A DNA stretch of 64,000 nucleotides from Mantamonas sphyraenae STR306 (lineage: Eukaryota; Protista; CRuMs). The DNA lies in assembly GCA_026936335.1 (NCBI GenBank), contig JAPMXV010000030.1, positions 310,001-374,000 on the forward strand, written 5' to 3'. Made by a program: the position numbers and the translations under genes. Each line of letters starts with the position of its first letter. Positions within the stretch are counted from its first letter, which is position 1. This document shows, in pieces, positions 61,457 through 64,000 of this stretch. A model generated the notes under the pieces. That model did no database searches. It saw nothing but the letters and a program-made list of their open reading frames with translations, and had not been told where the DNA came from.

Positions 61457-62389
61457 ATTGGTGGTACTGATGCTACTGCGGCTTTTCCGTCGCTTCCCTT
61501 GCTTGCCACTCTTGCCACTCTTGCCACTCTTGCCACTCTTGCCACTGCCCCCACTGCCTCCACTCCGACCACTGCCTGCACTTCCCACACTCTGTGTCTC
61601 ATCCTGGTCCTTGCTGCTGTTGCTGTGGCTGCTTCTGCGTGTGCCCTTGCCCTTGCTGCTGCTGCTGTTGCTGCTGCTGCTCCGTTTCAGACGTCGGCCA
61701 CCGCTGCCGCCGCTCTTGCTCGACTGTGCCATGGACTGTTTTGCCATGACTGTGGAACTGTTCATACTGGACAATTGCACGGCCCCTTCCAGTTTCAGCT
61801 CCTTAGCATGCGCCATTCGTCGTCCGGACCCGGACGAGCTCGTTCCTGACGGCGAACCGCCCGTCACCCGGTGCCGCTGAACATTGTCCGGCCTCCACGT
61901 GCCCAGCGTGTTGTGTGGATGCTCCTGTGCAATGCTACTCTCTGGATAGTAATACTTCTGTTTGACCCCAATGGCACTCCGTTGCAACGCAGAGTACACC
62001 CCAGGCAACGACCGCTGGCTGCCGCTGCTGCTGCTGCTGCTGCTGCTGATCCCTTTGCCACCACTCGCCCCCCCTCCCGTGTCTCCAGTTTGCAATTCCT
62101 GCGCATACCTGTCTGCACCCAACTCCACGGGACGAGTGTCCATGGATTGCACATCCTCGCCTCGTTGAGACGACCCATCCCCAGCCGTACTCGTCGTCGT
62201 CGTCGTCGTCGTCCTGCGAGCCTGCGTTTTGCTCTCCTCGATCGGCGAAAACTCACTGTCGCCCCGCCACCTCCTGTCGTGATTCTTGACCACCTTGACT
62301 GTGCCCGTCCCACTCCGTTTGTGGTTGCCCTTCCTTCCCGCCGACCGTCCCGTTTTGCCCACCACCGGTGTTCGGTAGGCTGAGCTCAT
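59207..62389 (-). CDS. Ser/Gly-rich protein with C-terminal FCP1/NIF-like HAD-fold domain
   Basis: ~600 aa of low-complexity S/G/K sequence, then KPLVVIECDGVLG...LHMRPDC..GMLKL..QYRVCLFT, resembling FCP1/SCP motifs. Confidence 0.5.
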
Positions 62390-62496
62390 CGACACGTGTT
62401 TGCCCTCGCCGGCGCACTCAGCACAACCACCGGGTCACACACACATACACACACACACACGCAACACAGCACACCCAACACACATCATCATCGAGA

Positions 62497-64000
62497 ATGG
62501 ACATTGGGGCAGAGTTGCAGCGTGTGCTTCCGGCTCGGGTCAAGGAGGTGCTGGACGAAACCATCCTGGAGTACGCCGTGGGCATCCTGGAGAGCGATGC
62601 CGACGAAGGTTACTCCAGTTACACCACTGAAGATGAGTTGTACGACGCCATCGGCGACCTGCTGCTGGAAAGTGATCCGGAAGAGAACGAGGAGGAGATT
62701 CGTGCCTCATGCAGGGCCTTGGTCAACGTCCTCCACCCACCGGGGCAGGCAGGCGACAATGCAGAAGGCGACGGAAACGACGCCCAAGGCGGAGGTGCCG
62801 CTTCTGCCAGAGCCAAACGTGCACAGGACACCACCGTGCTGGTGAACCAGGTGTCGTTGAGCTCCATGCTCAAGGACACCGAAGAGTCCCTTCGACAGCT
62901 GGGACGCACCTCCAAGTCGTTCTACTCCACCGCAGAGGCCGATTCCGGAGATACCATGGGTGGATACAGCGAGGAGGAGATTCGTGCCATGGCCGGCAGC
63001 AGCAGCAGCAGCGGAGGCGCAGGTGGCAGTGCCAGGAAAAAGGATGCCATCTTGGTCCGTTCCAAGCGCAAGCAGCTGGAACCCGGAGAACTGGAGAGTA
63101 TCCTCACCATCCCAGGAGGCTGTGTCAGTGTCCAGGGCAAGGACATCAAGGTGGAGGGCATCGAACTGACCATCGGCGGACGGAAACTCATCGAGAACGG
63201 CGTCCTCATGCTCCAGAGTGGACGCAGGGTCGGCCTGGCTGGACGCAACGGCGCAGGCAAGAGTACCCTGCTCAAGCACATTGCAAACAGAGACATTCCC
63301 ATCCCGGAGGATGTGTCCATCCTCTACGTGGCACAGGAGGTAAGCCGGAAAAAAAAAGGAAGCTTGCATGGCGCCTGGGGCTCCCCAAAAACACGGAGAG
63401 ACACACGGTGACACACACACTCACACACACACTCACACTCACTGACATGTGGCCACACAGGCGGATGGAGACGAAAAGACGGCAGTGGAAAGTGTACTGC
63501 TGGCAGACACTGAGCGTACGGAGCTGCTTGCGAGGGAGAAGGAGCTGAACGCACTGAGTGAGACGCAAGGGACATACAGCAGCGAGAAATTCAGCAGCAT
63601 CGACAAGGAACTGGAGTATCTGTACTCGAGGATGAACGAGATTGAGGTGGACAGTGCGGAGGCGCGTGCACGGGCCATTTTGAAGGGGTTGCAGTTTACG
63701 GAGGAGATGCAGGACAAGCAGACGCAGGACTTTTCCGGTGGTTGGCGCATGCGCATTGCAATTGCACGCGCGCTGTTTGCGAAACCGGACATTTTCATTG
63801 CGGACGAAATCACGAACCATTTGGATTATCACGCGTACGTGTGGCTGCGTGAGTACATGGCAGAGTGGCCGACGACGCTGTTGATTGTGTCGCACCAGCG
63901 TGACTTTCTCAACCAGGTGTGCACGGACATCCTGCACCTGCACAACCACGAGTTGACGCTGTACAAGGGCAACTACGACCAGTTTGAAGAGACCATCGAG
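62497..64000 (+). CDS. ABCF family ATPase (ABCF3/GCN20-like), 3'-truncated by the window
   Basis: N-terminal LDE.I.EY..GIL domain; Walker A GRNGAGKST; Q-loop YVAQE; intron 63340-63460; FSGGWRMRIAIARALF; DE.TNHLD; IVSHQRDFL; YKGNYDQF. Confidence 0.9.

Overview
Very compact, GC-rich eukaryotic (protist-type) nuclear DNA. It holds about 22 protein-coding genes on both strands, short GT-AG introns concentrated near gene 5' ends, and mostly 20-220 bp intergenic gaps. Gene content points to a flagellated, mitochondriate, probably sexual organism. Genes in order: divergent dynein heavy chain, KANSL2/INO80D-type zinc-finger protein, ZPR1, Dispatched/Patched-family RND protein, ADP/ATP carrier, TPM-TM-RING protein, GEX1/KAR5/Brambleberry karyogamy protein, SWIM-RING E3, TIS11/ZFP36-type tandem CCCH protein, Pol III RPC31, XPG/RAD2, a ~3,260-aa giant protein, VWA8, a secreted JmjC protein, TOM1-like VHS-GAT, PQ-loop transporter, a coiled-coil protein, RIB43A, AXR4-like hydrolase, GH65 (PGGHG-like), a Ser-rich FCP1/HAD-like protein and ABCF3/GCN20. 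Many genes are broken by single-base indels, mostly in short homopolymers, which are most likely long-read assembly errors. The strongest novelty candidate is the giant gene at 30090-40236. It fuses the N-terminal half of a neurobeachin/LRBA-type BEACH protein (ARM + ConA + DUF4704) to a soluble-adenylyl-cyclase-type STAND NTPase and TPR repeats in place of PH-BEACH-WD40, giving an NLR-like architecture on a membrane-trafficking scaffold. No rRNA, tRNA, CRISPR array or transposon was recognised. All family calls come from motif recognition by eye, not from database searches.
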